From an uncultured Planctomycetaceae bacterium (GTDB taxonomy: Bacteria; Planctomycetota; Planctomycetia; Planctomycetales; Planctomycetaceae): DNA of 64,000 bases. The number at the start of each line of letters is the position of its first letter. Position 1 is the first letter of the stretch. A program made the position numbers and the translations under genes. This document shows, piece by piece, positions 31,247 through 40,124 of this stretch. The stretch covers positions 124,001 to 188,000 of the forward strand of contig CAXBME010000004.1 of the NCBI GenBank assembly GCA_963976765.1, read 5' to 3'. The notes beneath the pieces are model-generated. The model searched no databases. It had not been told where the DNA came from and saw only the letters and a list, made by a program, of their open reading frames with translations.

Positions 31247-31615
31247 GTGGTTCGAATTCGACTGAAACGTATGGGGCGGACACACCGACCGTTCTACCGA
31301 ATCTCGGTGATGGACGCGCACATGAAGCGCGACGGCAAGACGATCGAAGACATTGGGCACTACGACCCGATGGTAACGGATAAGTCACAGCGAGTGACGC
31401 TCAACATGGAGCGGCTCGACTACTGGATCGGTGTTGGTGCTCAGCCAACCGAAAAAGTCGCTGTGCTGATCAAGAAGCTGAAGAAAAATGACTGGGGTGC
31501 GACCAACGCGCCACCGGAAGCTCAGGCTCCAAAGCAGCCTGAACCACCGGCTCCAGCAGAAGAAGCTGCCGAAGCCCCCGCAGAAGCAACTGAAGAAGCG
31601 GCTGCAGCAGAGTGA
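31247..31615 (+). CDS. rpsP: 30S ribosomal protein S16 with Pro/Ala/Glu-rich tail
   Basis: VRIRLKRMG..RPFYRI, GAQPTEKV; GTG start after AAGGAG. Confidence 0.95.
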   Translation: MVRIRLKRMGRTHRPFYRISVMDAHMKRDGKTIEDIGHYDPMVTDKSQRVTLNMERLDYWIGVGAQPTEKVAVLIKKLKKNDWGATNAPPEAQAPKQPEPPAPAEEAAEAPAEATEEAAAAE

Positions 31616-31730
31616 TTGTCTGCCGCTGTCGCTGAGCGGGCGGCGAACTAAGGAAGTGAAAAGGTGATGGTTCACATCCTCAAAGATTCGCCGATACGTT
31701 GTCGACAATCCCCGTCACCTTGTCACGCTC

Positions 31731-32468
31731 ATGCGTTTTGACGTTCTGACACTCTTCCCCGAAATGTTCTCCGGATACGTCGGGCAAAGTCTGCTGAAAC
31801 TGGCCATCCAAAACGGCTTGGTAGACGTCAGAACCTGGAACTATCGAGACTGGGCCAAAGGGAAACGAAAGTCGGTCGATGACAAACCGTTCGGCGGCGG
31901 ACCGGGGATGCTGCTGGCGTGCGAACCGGTTTACGACTGTGTCGAAGCCGTTCAAGCGGACGCGGAAGCACCCGGCCAATTGATCATGATGACTCCGCAG
32001 GGGCGAAAGCTGGATCACGAGCTGGTGACGGAACTGGCGAGTGATCACAAACGACTGATTCTACTTTGCGGAAGATACGAAGGCTTTGATGAGCGGATTC
32101 GTCAGGGCCTGCAGCCGATGGAAGTTTCCGTTGGCGACTTTATCTGCAACGGCGGTGAAGTACCGGCGATGCTGATAATCGACACGGTCATCCGGATGAT
32201 TCCGGGAGTCCTTGGCGACGAGACAAGCAGTAGATACGACTCTTTCGCTGAAAAAGGATTACTGGAACACCCACAGTACACACGGCCTCGTGAGTTTCGC
32301 GGGATGAGTGTTCCAGACGTTCTGCTCAGCGGAAACCATAAAGAGATCGCTCAGTGGGAAGAGGAACAATCCCTCAAGGCGACTCAGGAGCGGCGAAAAG
32401 ACATCTTTGATTCCTATCGGGAGAAGTTTCCCGAAATGGATCAACCAAAGAAAAAGAGCAGGCGTTAA
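31731..32468 (+). CDS. trmD: tRNA (guanine37-N1)-methyltransferase
   Basis: MRFDVLTLFPE, VDDKPFGGGPGM, CGRYEGFDER, HPQYTRP. Confidence 0.97.
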   Translation: MRFDVLTLFPEMFSGYVGQSLLKLAIQNGLVDVRTWNYRDWAKGKRKSVDDKPFGGGPGMLLACEPVYDCVEAVQADAEAPGQLIMMTPQGRKLDHELVTELASDHKRLILLCGRYEGFDERIRQGLQPMEVSVGDFICNGGEVPAMLIIDTVIRMIPGVLGDETSSRYDSFAEKGLLEHPQYTRPREFRGMSVPDVLLSGNHKEIAQWEEEQSLKATQERRKDIFDSYREKFPEMDQPKKKSRR

Positions 32469-32670
32469 AAGGCAGGTGGCCGCTCGCAATCACTTTTGAA
32501 AACCTGGTGATTTCGGGCAACTTTCCTGCGTCCAGAAATTCAGCTGCTGCCAGTTCGGAGCAGCATCCCGGCTTAGTCGGCAACCACCGACACAAACATC
32601 TCAGAACGAGAGGGCACGTGCTTTTCGGAATACGAACGGCACCTCTGTCGCCAGATAAAGGGTTGGAAAC

Positions 32671-33042
32671 ATGCGAAACAAAGCTTTTGACATTGTCGAA
32701 CAAGGCAGTCATCGAGAAGAACCTCTCTCGTTCCAGATCGGCGACACGGTCAGCGTTCATTGCCGAATTCAGGAAGGCAACAAAGAGCGAATTCAGGAAT
32801 TCATCGGAATTGTTATCGCTCACCGGCGAGGCAATGGCATCAACGCGACGTTTACCGTGCGTAAAGTTGTTGCTGGTGAAGGCGTTGAGCGAATCTTCCC
32901 GGTTCACTCGCCCAAAATTGCCAAACTGGAAGTCAAGCGGAACGGTGTCGTTCGACGAGCCAAGCTGTTTTACCTGCGTGATCGCGTCGGCAAAGCCACG
33001 CGTCTGGCAGAACGTCGTACGGTGGCGAAGACCGAAGAGTAA
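32671..33042 (+). CDS. rplS: 50S ribosomal protein L19
   Basis: [32 protein letters not shown]. Confidence 0.97.
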   Translation: MRNKAFDIVEQGSHREEPLSFQIGDTVSVHCRIQEGNKERIQEFIGIVIAHRRGNGINATFTVRKVVAGEGVERIFPVHSPKIAKLEVKRNGVVRRAKLFYLRDRVGKATRLAERRTVAKTEE

Positions 33043-33054
33043 CAACATCCGACT

Positions 33055-33078
33055 CGCTCACATTCCTGAATGTGAGTG
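33055..33078 (+). terminator. Hairpin after rplS
   Basis: cgctcacattc-ct-gaatgtgagtg; no clear U-tract. Confidence 0.45.
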
Positions 33079-33169
33079 TGCAGTTCGAACCCGAACTCGG
33101 CATACTGTCGTTTAACGTCAGTGTCGGGGCGGCTGCTCGAAAAGCGACAGCAACGATGCCCTGACAGAA

Positions 33170-34435
33170 ATGCTCGTCACCGAGCTGTTTCTTTACGGAG
33201 CGGAGTTCATGTCAGAACGTAACCGCAAGTTAGAAGGAGCCTCGACTGGCCAATGCCGTCGAGGCTTCTTTGCGTACCGATCAACCACTCGTTGGACTTT
33301 CGGTCAAATCTGCTCAGCCGTTTTGCTCGGTTGTCTGATGCCAGGCTGCGGAGGGAGCACACCACAACCTCCCCCCCAGCCGACCGAAGCAGCGCGTCAG
33401 CCTTCCAACACTGGCCCGGTCGGTTTCGCCAAACGAGTCGAAGAAGAGGTCGATGACAGTCTTGACCTGACCGGGGTCGCCCCGAAAGACATCTTCAATT
33501 TTGCGCTCGCCCCGCCGCCCAACTTTGTAACTGCAGGCAAAGCGCCACCATCACGACCGGCAGACAGATTCGTCGCGACGATCGATCCCGCTGCCGGTTC
33601 AGCAAGTTTCGAGGCCAGCGGGTCATCAGTTCGAAACTCGCACCCGGCTGCCAGTGAACGAGCTGGCTCATTGCCAGCAGGATTCACCGCCATTGCCGAC
33701 GCGCCGATCGTCGATGGCTGGCCGTCGAGAATCATCTGCAACGCCGATCGGTCAGAAATGGTTTTTATTCCGGCCGGAAACTCGATCATCGGGACCAGTG
33801 ACGGACCGGCTGACTGCGTTCCAGAGGTGCCGGTTTCGTTGAGTGCGTTTTACATTTCGAAGCTCGAAGTCAGCGTTGGTCAGTACGCCGACTTTCGCAG
33901 CAAGTCGATCAAAGCCGGCAAGGTCGTTGAGAAATCGCTGAATGTTGACGATCCATCGGACTTCCCGGCGGTTGGCATCGCGTGGGTTGAAGCTCGCGCC
34001 TACGCCCAGGCATCACAGCGAGAGTTGCCGACGGAATGCCAATGGGAAAAAGCAGCACGAGGCGACCGGGGACTGGCCGCACCGTGGGGCGACGGACGAC
34101 CGCTGTGGAGTGAACCTCGCGAAGCTGGCCAGATCGATCCCTGTGGCAGGTTCCCTGACGACAAGAGCGTTTACGGAGTGCTCGACATGGCAGGGAATGC
34201 CCAGGAGTGGCTGCTCGATTTCTACAGCGAAACTAATCATCAGAATCTGGCGACCACTGACACAGCCCACCGAACGGACTGGTCCGGACCTCGGCGAGCA
34301 TCTCAGAACGGCGAACGAATCGTCAAAGGCGACGGCCCGAACTGGGCGACCTGGTTCCGTCGCGGGGTTCCAATGACCGAACGCAGCCCGAACATCGGCT
34401 TCCGCTGCGTCTTGAATCTGCCGGGGGCGCCATAA
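33170..34435 (+). CDS. FGE-sulfatase (SUMF1-like) domain lipoprotein
   Basis: LMPGC lipobox-like; LPTECQWEKAARG, YGVLDMAGNAQEW, IGFRC; start may be 33209. Confidence 0.85.
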   Translation: MLVTELFLYGAEFMSERNRKLEGASTGQCRRGFFAYRSTTRWTFGQICSAVLLGCLMPGCGGSTPQPPPQPTEAARQPSNTGPVGFAKRVEEEVDDSLDLTGVAPKDIFNFALAPPPNFVTAGKAPPSRPADRFVATIDPAAGSASFEASGSSVRNSHPAASERAGSLPAGFTAIADAPIVDGWPSRIICNADRSEMVFIPAGNSIIGTSDGPADCVPEVPVSLSAFYISKLEVSVGQYADFRSKSIKAGKVVEKSLNVDDPSDFPAVGIAWVEARAYAQASQRELPTECQWEKAARGDRGLAAPWGDGRPLWSEPREAGQIDPCGRFPDDKSVYGVLDMAGNAQEWLLDFYSETNHQNLATTDTAHRTDWSGPRRASQNGERIVKGDGPNWATWFRRGVPMTERSPNIGFRCVLNLPGAP

Positions 34436-34486
34436 ACCTGATTCAGCTCAGCAGGCAGGATGTTGTTTCTTTTACGCCAATTCGCC

Positions 34487-35197
34487 TCAACTCTGATATA
34501 CCACCGGATCACTGATTCCGTTCTCACGGAAGCCTTCAAGGCGGAGTGAACAGGCATCGCAGGTGCCGCAGGCCAGCCCGCTTTCCCCAGGGTCGTAGCA
34601 ACTGCTTGTCAGGCTGTAGTCGACACTCAGCTCATGGCCGCGTTTGATGATCTCGGCCTTTGTCATCTCGATCAGAGGCGTGTGCAGTGTGAGTGGCTCG
34701 TCGCCTTCCACACTTGATTTTGTCGCCAGTCGAGCCATCGCTTCGAACGCTCGGATGTACTCCGGTCGGCAGTCGGGATATCCGGCGTAGTCGAGAGCGT
34801 TCACGCCGACAAAAATGTGGTTCGCCTTCAGGCTCTCGGCATATCCCAAAGCAAACGACAGGAAGATCGTATTGCGGGCCGGCACGTAGGTCACAGGAAT
34901 CCCTTCCCGCATCTGCTCGGCAGAGCGGCCTTTCGGGACGGCGAGGCTCGACGTCAACGCCGATCCGCCCATCGCACGCAGGTCGAACTCGACTTCCAGG
35001 TGCTCGGCAACGTTCATCCTCTTAACGAGTCGGCGAGCCGCTTCGATCTCAACGGCGTGCCGCTGCCCGTAGCGGAACGTGATCGCGCACGGCTCGAATC
35101 CTTCCTGACGAGCAATCGCCAGCATCGTGGCTGAATCAAGACCTCCACTCAGCAGAACCACAGCTTTAGACACGACTTTTCTCTTTGCCTGCGTCAT
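34487..35197 (-). CDS. queC: 7-cyano-7-deazaguanine synthase
   Basis: [29 protein letters not shown]...CGTCDAC. Confidence 0.96.
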   Translation of the reverse strand: MTQAKRKVVSKAVVLLSGGLDSATMLAIARQEGFEPCAITFRYGQRHAVEIEAARRLVKRMNVAEHLEVEFDLRAMGGSALTSSLAVPKGRSAEQMREGIPVTYVPARNTIFLSFALGYAESLKANHIFVGVNALDYAGYPDCRPEYIRAFEAMARLATKSSVEGDEPLTLHTPLIEMTKAEIIKRGHELSVDYSLTSSCYDPGESGLACGTCDACSLRLEGFRENGISDPVVYQS

Positions 35198-35347
35198 TAC
35201 GGGACAGAACCAGGGAACGACCGACATCGCCGATCAAAGCGCGCGTGATTGTTGCGCTCCAGCGTTCGGGGTTCAACCTTGTCGACAGCTCAACGTTGTG
35301 AACGATTCTTCAAATACAAAAGCTCGCCCAGTCCCGCTTGTCCTTGA

Positions 35348-37120
35348 TCAGTTTTCACGGAGTGAACTTTCACCGCCTGCCCTGGCACTCTCTGACTTGT
35401 CGCCCTTTGCTTTTTCCGGATTCAGCTTGCCGCTGAGCTTTGTCGCCTTGAGGGACTCGTAGTACGCCTTCAGCTTCTCGCGGGCTGAGACTTTCTGACC
35501 GTCTTCGCGATACTCGTTTCCACTGACCGCTTCGCTAACGGCGTCGGCAGGAGACTCCGCCCCATCAACCAAGTACTCGGTGACGTCGGAAGCCAGAGCC
35601 TGAACGACCACTGAATCTTCGATCGCTTTTACGCGAAGGTTCCAGCTATGCAACATTCCAAATCGATCGCTGCGTGAACCACGAATCACGAGCTGCCAGA
35701 CACCTTTTGCGCTTTTCCCGTTGAACACGCTCAGGCCAGGTTCCCGTTTGAGGAGTCCTTCTGGCAGGAACGTCCCTTTGAACGGTGCAGAAGCTTTATT
35801 AATCGGTATTTTTGCCTGGTCGTCAAACACAGTCTGGTCAAAGTGGTTTCCTCCACTGCCGACTTCAGAAAACAACTCGATTCGCTGTCCATCCGGCCCG
35901 GTCAGATATCCATCCAGAAAACCGACATGCGAATGGGTAATCGAAATCTGCACGTCCAAATCACGAATCAGAAACTCATCGCCGATTTCGATCTCGGAAA
36001 CGATGGTTCGGTAGGGAGGCAATACCTGAGCCGTCTCGTTGCGATAGCCTCCGACCGTTGTCGCACGCAGCACTTCAGGCGACGTCAGCAGACCGTCGTT
36101 GTTAGCATCCAGAGCGGCGAACTCCTGCCTCTTTTCGGTCGTCCAGGTCGTCGCGAATTCGTGCATGGCAATCTGACCGTCGCGATCGACGTCGAGTTCG
36201 TAGAACCAGCCGGGCAGTCCTTCGGTCAGGTCACCAGCTTCATCCTGCATCTGCGAAATAAGCGAAAACATTTCGTCACGCGTCAATTCCCCGTCGCGGT
36301 TGACGTCAACCTGACCAATCGGGATACCCAGACTGTGGACTTCGGTCGATTCAAGTCGCCCATTCCTGTTCACATCAAAACGACTCAATAAAGCCGCGGT
36401 GAGCCAGTATTTATTGCCGCCCTGCTTCCACCATTGCGACTGGTCTTCACCTTTCCCGTTGTTGACTGACTTGCGAATCTCGCTACCAGTTCGACGGGCC
36501 TTTTGAACGAGTTCGCCAGCATCGTCGTTGAGCAGTCGACGTCGAGCGTAACGTTGCCCCAGTTCGAGCCGGCTGAATCGACCGTCATTATCGAGGTCAT
36601 CAGCAAACGGATTCCGATGCGTCCATCGAACTTCGTCGATTTCGTCACCGTCGATGAATCCGTTGTCGTTGTCGTCATAACGCCGCAGCGTCTGATCTGC
36701 CTCTTCAAGATCCTCAAGCGTGTAAGGGTACCTTACTTTTGCCAACCCAAATGCAGGAACAAGTGGGTCGTCTTCCTTCGGGCCGAAAGGTACGACGGTG
36801 CTTCCGCCTTCAGCCCGCACACGCTGGCCAGCCACGCCGTTTGCAAGTGCGTAGTAGACTCGTGCTGCTTCCTGGAGCTTGTGAATCTCGATCGGTCGAT
36901 CGAGATCGATCCGTCGTTCTTTGGTGATCCGCTCAAGGTAGGGTCGAGCGAGCGGAGTGATCTCTTTGGGGTCGATCAATCCGTTCCGGTTTCGATCAAG
37001 CCGCTCCAGTGATTCCCTCAACCCGGCTTGCCCATACGCGGGCTCAGATCGCAAGCCGACGCAAAGCAAAGCAATCGAGCACGACAGCCACCACGCTCGC
37101 CGAGAGAATTCTGATTTCAT
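35348..37120 (-). CDS. Secreted multi-EF-hand protein with C-terminal proprotein-convertase P-domain
   Basis: Signal peptide; DRNRNGLID, DDNDNGFID, DVNRNGRLE, DVNRDGELT, DVDRDGQIA, DANNDGLLT; P-domain ISITHSHVGFL...FNGKSAKGVWQL...LHSWNL. Confidence 0.8.
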   Translation of the reverse strand: MKSEFSRRAWWLSCSIALLCVGLRSEPAYGQAGLRESLERLDRNRNGLIDPKEITPLARPYLERITKERRIDLDRPIEIHKLQEAARVYYALANGVAGQRVRAEGGSTVVPFGPKEDDPLVPAFGLAKVRYPYTLEDLEEADQTLRRYDDNDNGFIDGDEIDEVRWTHRNPFADDLDNDGRFSRLELGQRYARRRLLNDDAGELVQKARRTGSEIRKSVNNGKGEDQSQWWKQGGNKYWLTAALLSRFDVNRNGRLESTEVHSLGIPIGQVDVNRDGELTRDEMFSLISQMQDEAGDLTEGLPGWFYELDVDRDGQIAMHEFATTWTTEKRQEFAALDANNDGLLTSPEVLRATTVGGYRNETAQVLPPYRTIVSEIEIGDEFLIRDLDVQISITHSHVGFLDGYLTGPDGQRIELFSEVGSGGNHFDQTVFDDQAKIPINKASAPFKGTFLPEGLLKREPGLSVFNGKSAKGVWQLVIRGSRSDRFGMLHSWNLRVKAIEDSVVVQALASDVTEYLVDGAESPADAVSEAVSGNEYREDGQKVSAREKLKAYYESLKATKLSGKLNPEKAKGDKSESARAGGESSLREN

Positions 37121-37159
37121 CGATCTGACTCCTGCCTTCACAGCTCAAATCGTCGGTTC

Positions 37160-39760
37160 TTAACGCTGTTTCTGCGTCGGCTGTTTAACGCCGCTGCCGG
37201 TCCGCACTCCGCCGGAGAAGATTTCCTGGAGTGACTCGATCGCGACCGTTTCTGGAACTCTGACAATCCGCACCGCCTTCTGACTTCGCTGGTCGATGAC
37301 CTTCGCGAGTTGTTCGACTTCGCGAAACAAGTGATCCGGAGCTGTCACGATTAGTGAGTTACTCGGCTCATGAACGGCGATTGTCATCTTCGGTTCCAGC
37401 GTCTTTGCCGGCTGTGCGACCAGCTCTTTCTTCGTCGACTTTTTGTCGCTGTCCTGCTTTTCTGACGACGGCTGCGGCGCGGGACGTTGTCCGGGTTGTG
37501 CTCCGCCGGGCAGGCCCGGAGCACTGCCGGAAACTCGGCCTTCATAAGCGCTGCGAATTACCAGCGCGACTTCGCTGGCCTGCGAATAGACCAGCTCGAT
37601 CACATGCGAGGTACCGTAGGTTTCGATCGACGTGATGCTGTTGTCTTTGTCGATAATCTTGAGGTACCCCTCGACCTGGTCGATGTCACTGGCTGTCCCC
37701 TGCACAATCAAACGGTTCAACCGCGAATCGGCCACGACAGTGATCGATCCGGCAACCATCGTTGTCGTGCCTTCCCGGGACGAGACAAGAGTGCCCAGCA
37801 GCGAACTGGACGAACTCACAAATCCATTCACCAGGGACGATGACTCGCTCAGCAACGAAGCTTCACCGCCGTCGAGTAACTCCGCCAGCATCCAGATTGC
37901 ATCGTCCGGGCGAGTATATTTCAGGTAGAAGACGATCGGCGGCGACGGAGTTGAATCAACGGGGCCAGCAATTGTCACCAGGTGATCTTCGAACTCGTCG
38001 AGAGCCTTTGCATCTTCTGACTGAAGAATCAGACCACGTGGCGAGAACTGACAACGAATCGCGGCATCCTGGCTCTGAACATTTCCCGTCAGAAGTTGCG
38101 CATTCTCTGCCGTCGGAGCTGCCGGAGAATTATCTTCCGATGAGAACGGATTCGCTCTGGCAGGGCCTTCGCCAGCGACGCGCTCGCTGATTTTATTTCC
38201 CGTCTCACCCAGAGACGGATAAAGAAAGATCGGATTCCCTCGCCAGAATCTGGCCGCCGTCTTCAGTAGCCGTTCCCCTTCTTCGCCTCGCAGCGGAATG
38301 ATCCGAATTCGGTCGTTGCCGCCAGCCGTTCTCGACGTGCCGCTGTCGAGTTCCGCGACGATCTCTCTGACCTGCTCAACCTGATATTTCGTGCCGCGAA
38401 CAAACAGCCGACGGTTGGCCGGATCGGCGTCGAATCGCGGAGCGTTAGAGTTTTCGATGCCCTTCAGCAGGTCGAAGCCTCGCGAGCTTCCATGCCGGGT
38501 AAACGCTTCAATTCCTGCCGACTCTCGCCGCTTGTTGTCCGTCAGGTCGAACATTTCTTCCAGCAGACTGACCACGACAAAAGGGTCAGCAGTCTTCAGA
38601 GGAATGACCGCGAACTCAGCATCAGATGCCTGTAACTGCTGAACAGTCTGCTCGATCTCCTTTTGAATTTCGGGCGTTGCCAGAGCGACGATTGAACCAG
38701 CGGTCTCGTCCATCGACAGACGAACCGTCTCGCCAGCCAGCAGCGTCACCAGCACATTGTAGACAGTCTCGACGTTGCCGTTCCGGACGACGTGGGACTT
38801 CAACTCCGCTTTGCCATCCGCCGTCGACAGGCTTTTCTCCGGCTTGTCGATCGCCGTAATCAAACCTTCGACAAGTTTGACTTTGTCCTCAATTCCCGTG
38901 ACGAAAATATTCTTTCCCAGCACATCGGCGGAAAGACTCACGTCGATGCCGATCATTTCGCCGGTGGCCAGCCCGAGGTGCGGTCGTGCCACGACAAGGA
39001 TGTCTTCTGCGTCAACGTGTTCGAGAGTGAAACTCCTGACGACCGTTCCGTTGTCGAGTTCGTACGGTTTGAAAGCGTCGATGATCGTTTTCACGTTTTT
39101 CAGTTTGCGGGCAGTGTCGGTAATCATCAGCTGGTTCGTCTTGCTGAACACAGCCGGAGGCAGCATCAGCTTGAGAGCCGACAACTCGTCGACAGCATCT
39201 TCGGCATCCAGTTCGCCAAGCGGAAAAATGCACTTCACAACGTCGTTGTCGCTGACATCCTGAAGCTGCTCGACCGTGACGTACTTTGCCAGCGAGTCCA
39301 GTTCCTGAAGGCTGCGCGGGTCAGAAAGATTGATCATCGAAAGCAGCTTGCCGCTGCGCACCAGAGTGAACCCCTGAGGCAGCAGAAACAGGTTCAACCG
39401 ATCCAGTGCTTCGTCCGGCGTGAACGAATTTGAATCCGAATAGGTAAAGCTTCCGGTCGGGACACCTCCAACATGCAGTGCTAGGCCCGCCGAATCTGCG
39501 AACCACCTGATCACGTCCCGCCAGGGCATTCCTTCGAACGCAAACTGCAACGACACGACCTGGTCGTCGGTGCGTTCCTGGTCGTCGGCGAGTTTCTGGT
39601 CGTCAGCTCGCTCGCCGATTAATTCAGGTCCGACAACGCTTTCGACGGCGTCTGCCGTCGCGGCGTCCTGAGCAGTAACCGTCGAAGCTGCGAATGCAGC
39701 GGCAAAAAGTCCGACCGCAAACCATGCGGGCCAGCCATGCTGTATCGATTGATTCGGCAT
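37160..39760 (-). CDS. Secretin N-terminal-domain repeat protein with no recognisable secretin barrel
   Basis: Signal peptide; N0-like FAFEGMPWRDVIRWFA; repeated units such as DPANRRLFVRGT, ADSRLNRLIVQG, HEPSNSLIVTAP. Confidence 0.8.
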   Translation of the reverse strand: MPNQSIQHGWPAWFAVGLFAAAFAASTVTAQDAATADAVESVVGPELIGERADDQKLADDQERTDDQVVSLQFAFEGMPWRDVIRWFADSAGLALHVGGVPTGSFTYSDSNSFTPDEALDRLNLFLLPQGFTLVRSGKLLSMINLSDPRSLQELDSLAKYVTVEQLQDVSDNDVVKCIFPLGELDAEDAVDELSALKLMLPPAVFSKTNQLMITDTARKLKNVKTIIDAFKPYELDNGTVVRSFTLEHVDAEDILVVARPHLGLATGEMIGIDVSLSADVLGKNIFVTGIEDKVKLVEGLITAIDKPEKSLSTADGKAELKSHVVRNGNVETVYNVLVTLLAGETVRLSMDETAGSIVALATPEIQKEIEQTVQQLQASDAEFAVIPLKTADPFVVVSLLEEMFDLTDNKRRESAGIEAFTRHGSSRGFDLLKGIENSNAPRFDADPANRRLFVRGTKYQVEQVREIVAELDSGTSRTAGGNDRIRIIPLRGEEGERLLKTAARFWRGNPIFLYPSLGETGNKISERVAGEGPARANPFSSEDNSPAAPTAENAQLLTGNVQSQDAAIRCQFSPRGLILQSEDAKALDEFEDHLVTIAGPVDSTPSPPIVFYLKYTRPDDAIWMLAELLDGGEASLLSESSSLVNGFVSSSSSLLGTLVSSREGTTTMVAGSITVVADSRLNRLIVQGTASDIDQVEGYLKIIDKDNSITSIETYGTSHVIELVYSQASEVALVIRSAYEGRVSGSAPGLPGGAQPGQRPAPQPSSEKQDSDKKSTKKELVAQPAKTLEPKMTIAVHEPSNSLIVTAPDHLFREVEQLAKVIDQRSQKAVRIVRVPETVAIESLQEIFSGGVRTGSGVKQPTQKQR

Positions 39761-40124
39761 ACGGATCTGATTTGTAATTCGTGAGGAGAGAACGCACGCA
39801 GCCGTTTCGCGAGAGGCTGGCGTCACAAACTTCAGGTGGGAGTCGTCGAGGGATCGAAGGCAGGATGTCTCGACGCCGGGAGCACAACCACAAATTGGAT
39901 TCTGCAGCCCGAACGAACGAGGTCATCAGCGTACTGGAACCGCCGAACGAATCGCAACGCTCTTATGTGACATCGTGTCCGAAGGCGGCGACGCAAAAGG
40001 CGACAGACTCAGAAGCGGCTTTGTCTGGACTTCCCGGCTCAACATTCAAACCGGCATGACTGAACCAGCAATGCCGTCTTCAGAAGACGCACGTAGAATT
40101 TGAGCCAGAATTGAGCTTCAAAAT

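Noticed and set aside
32507..33115. 202-aa and 224-aa ORFs overlapping rplS
   Set aside because: Alternative-frame or antisense overlaps of rplS with no motifs.
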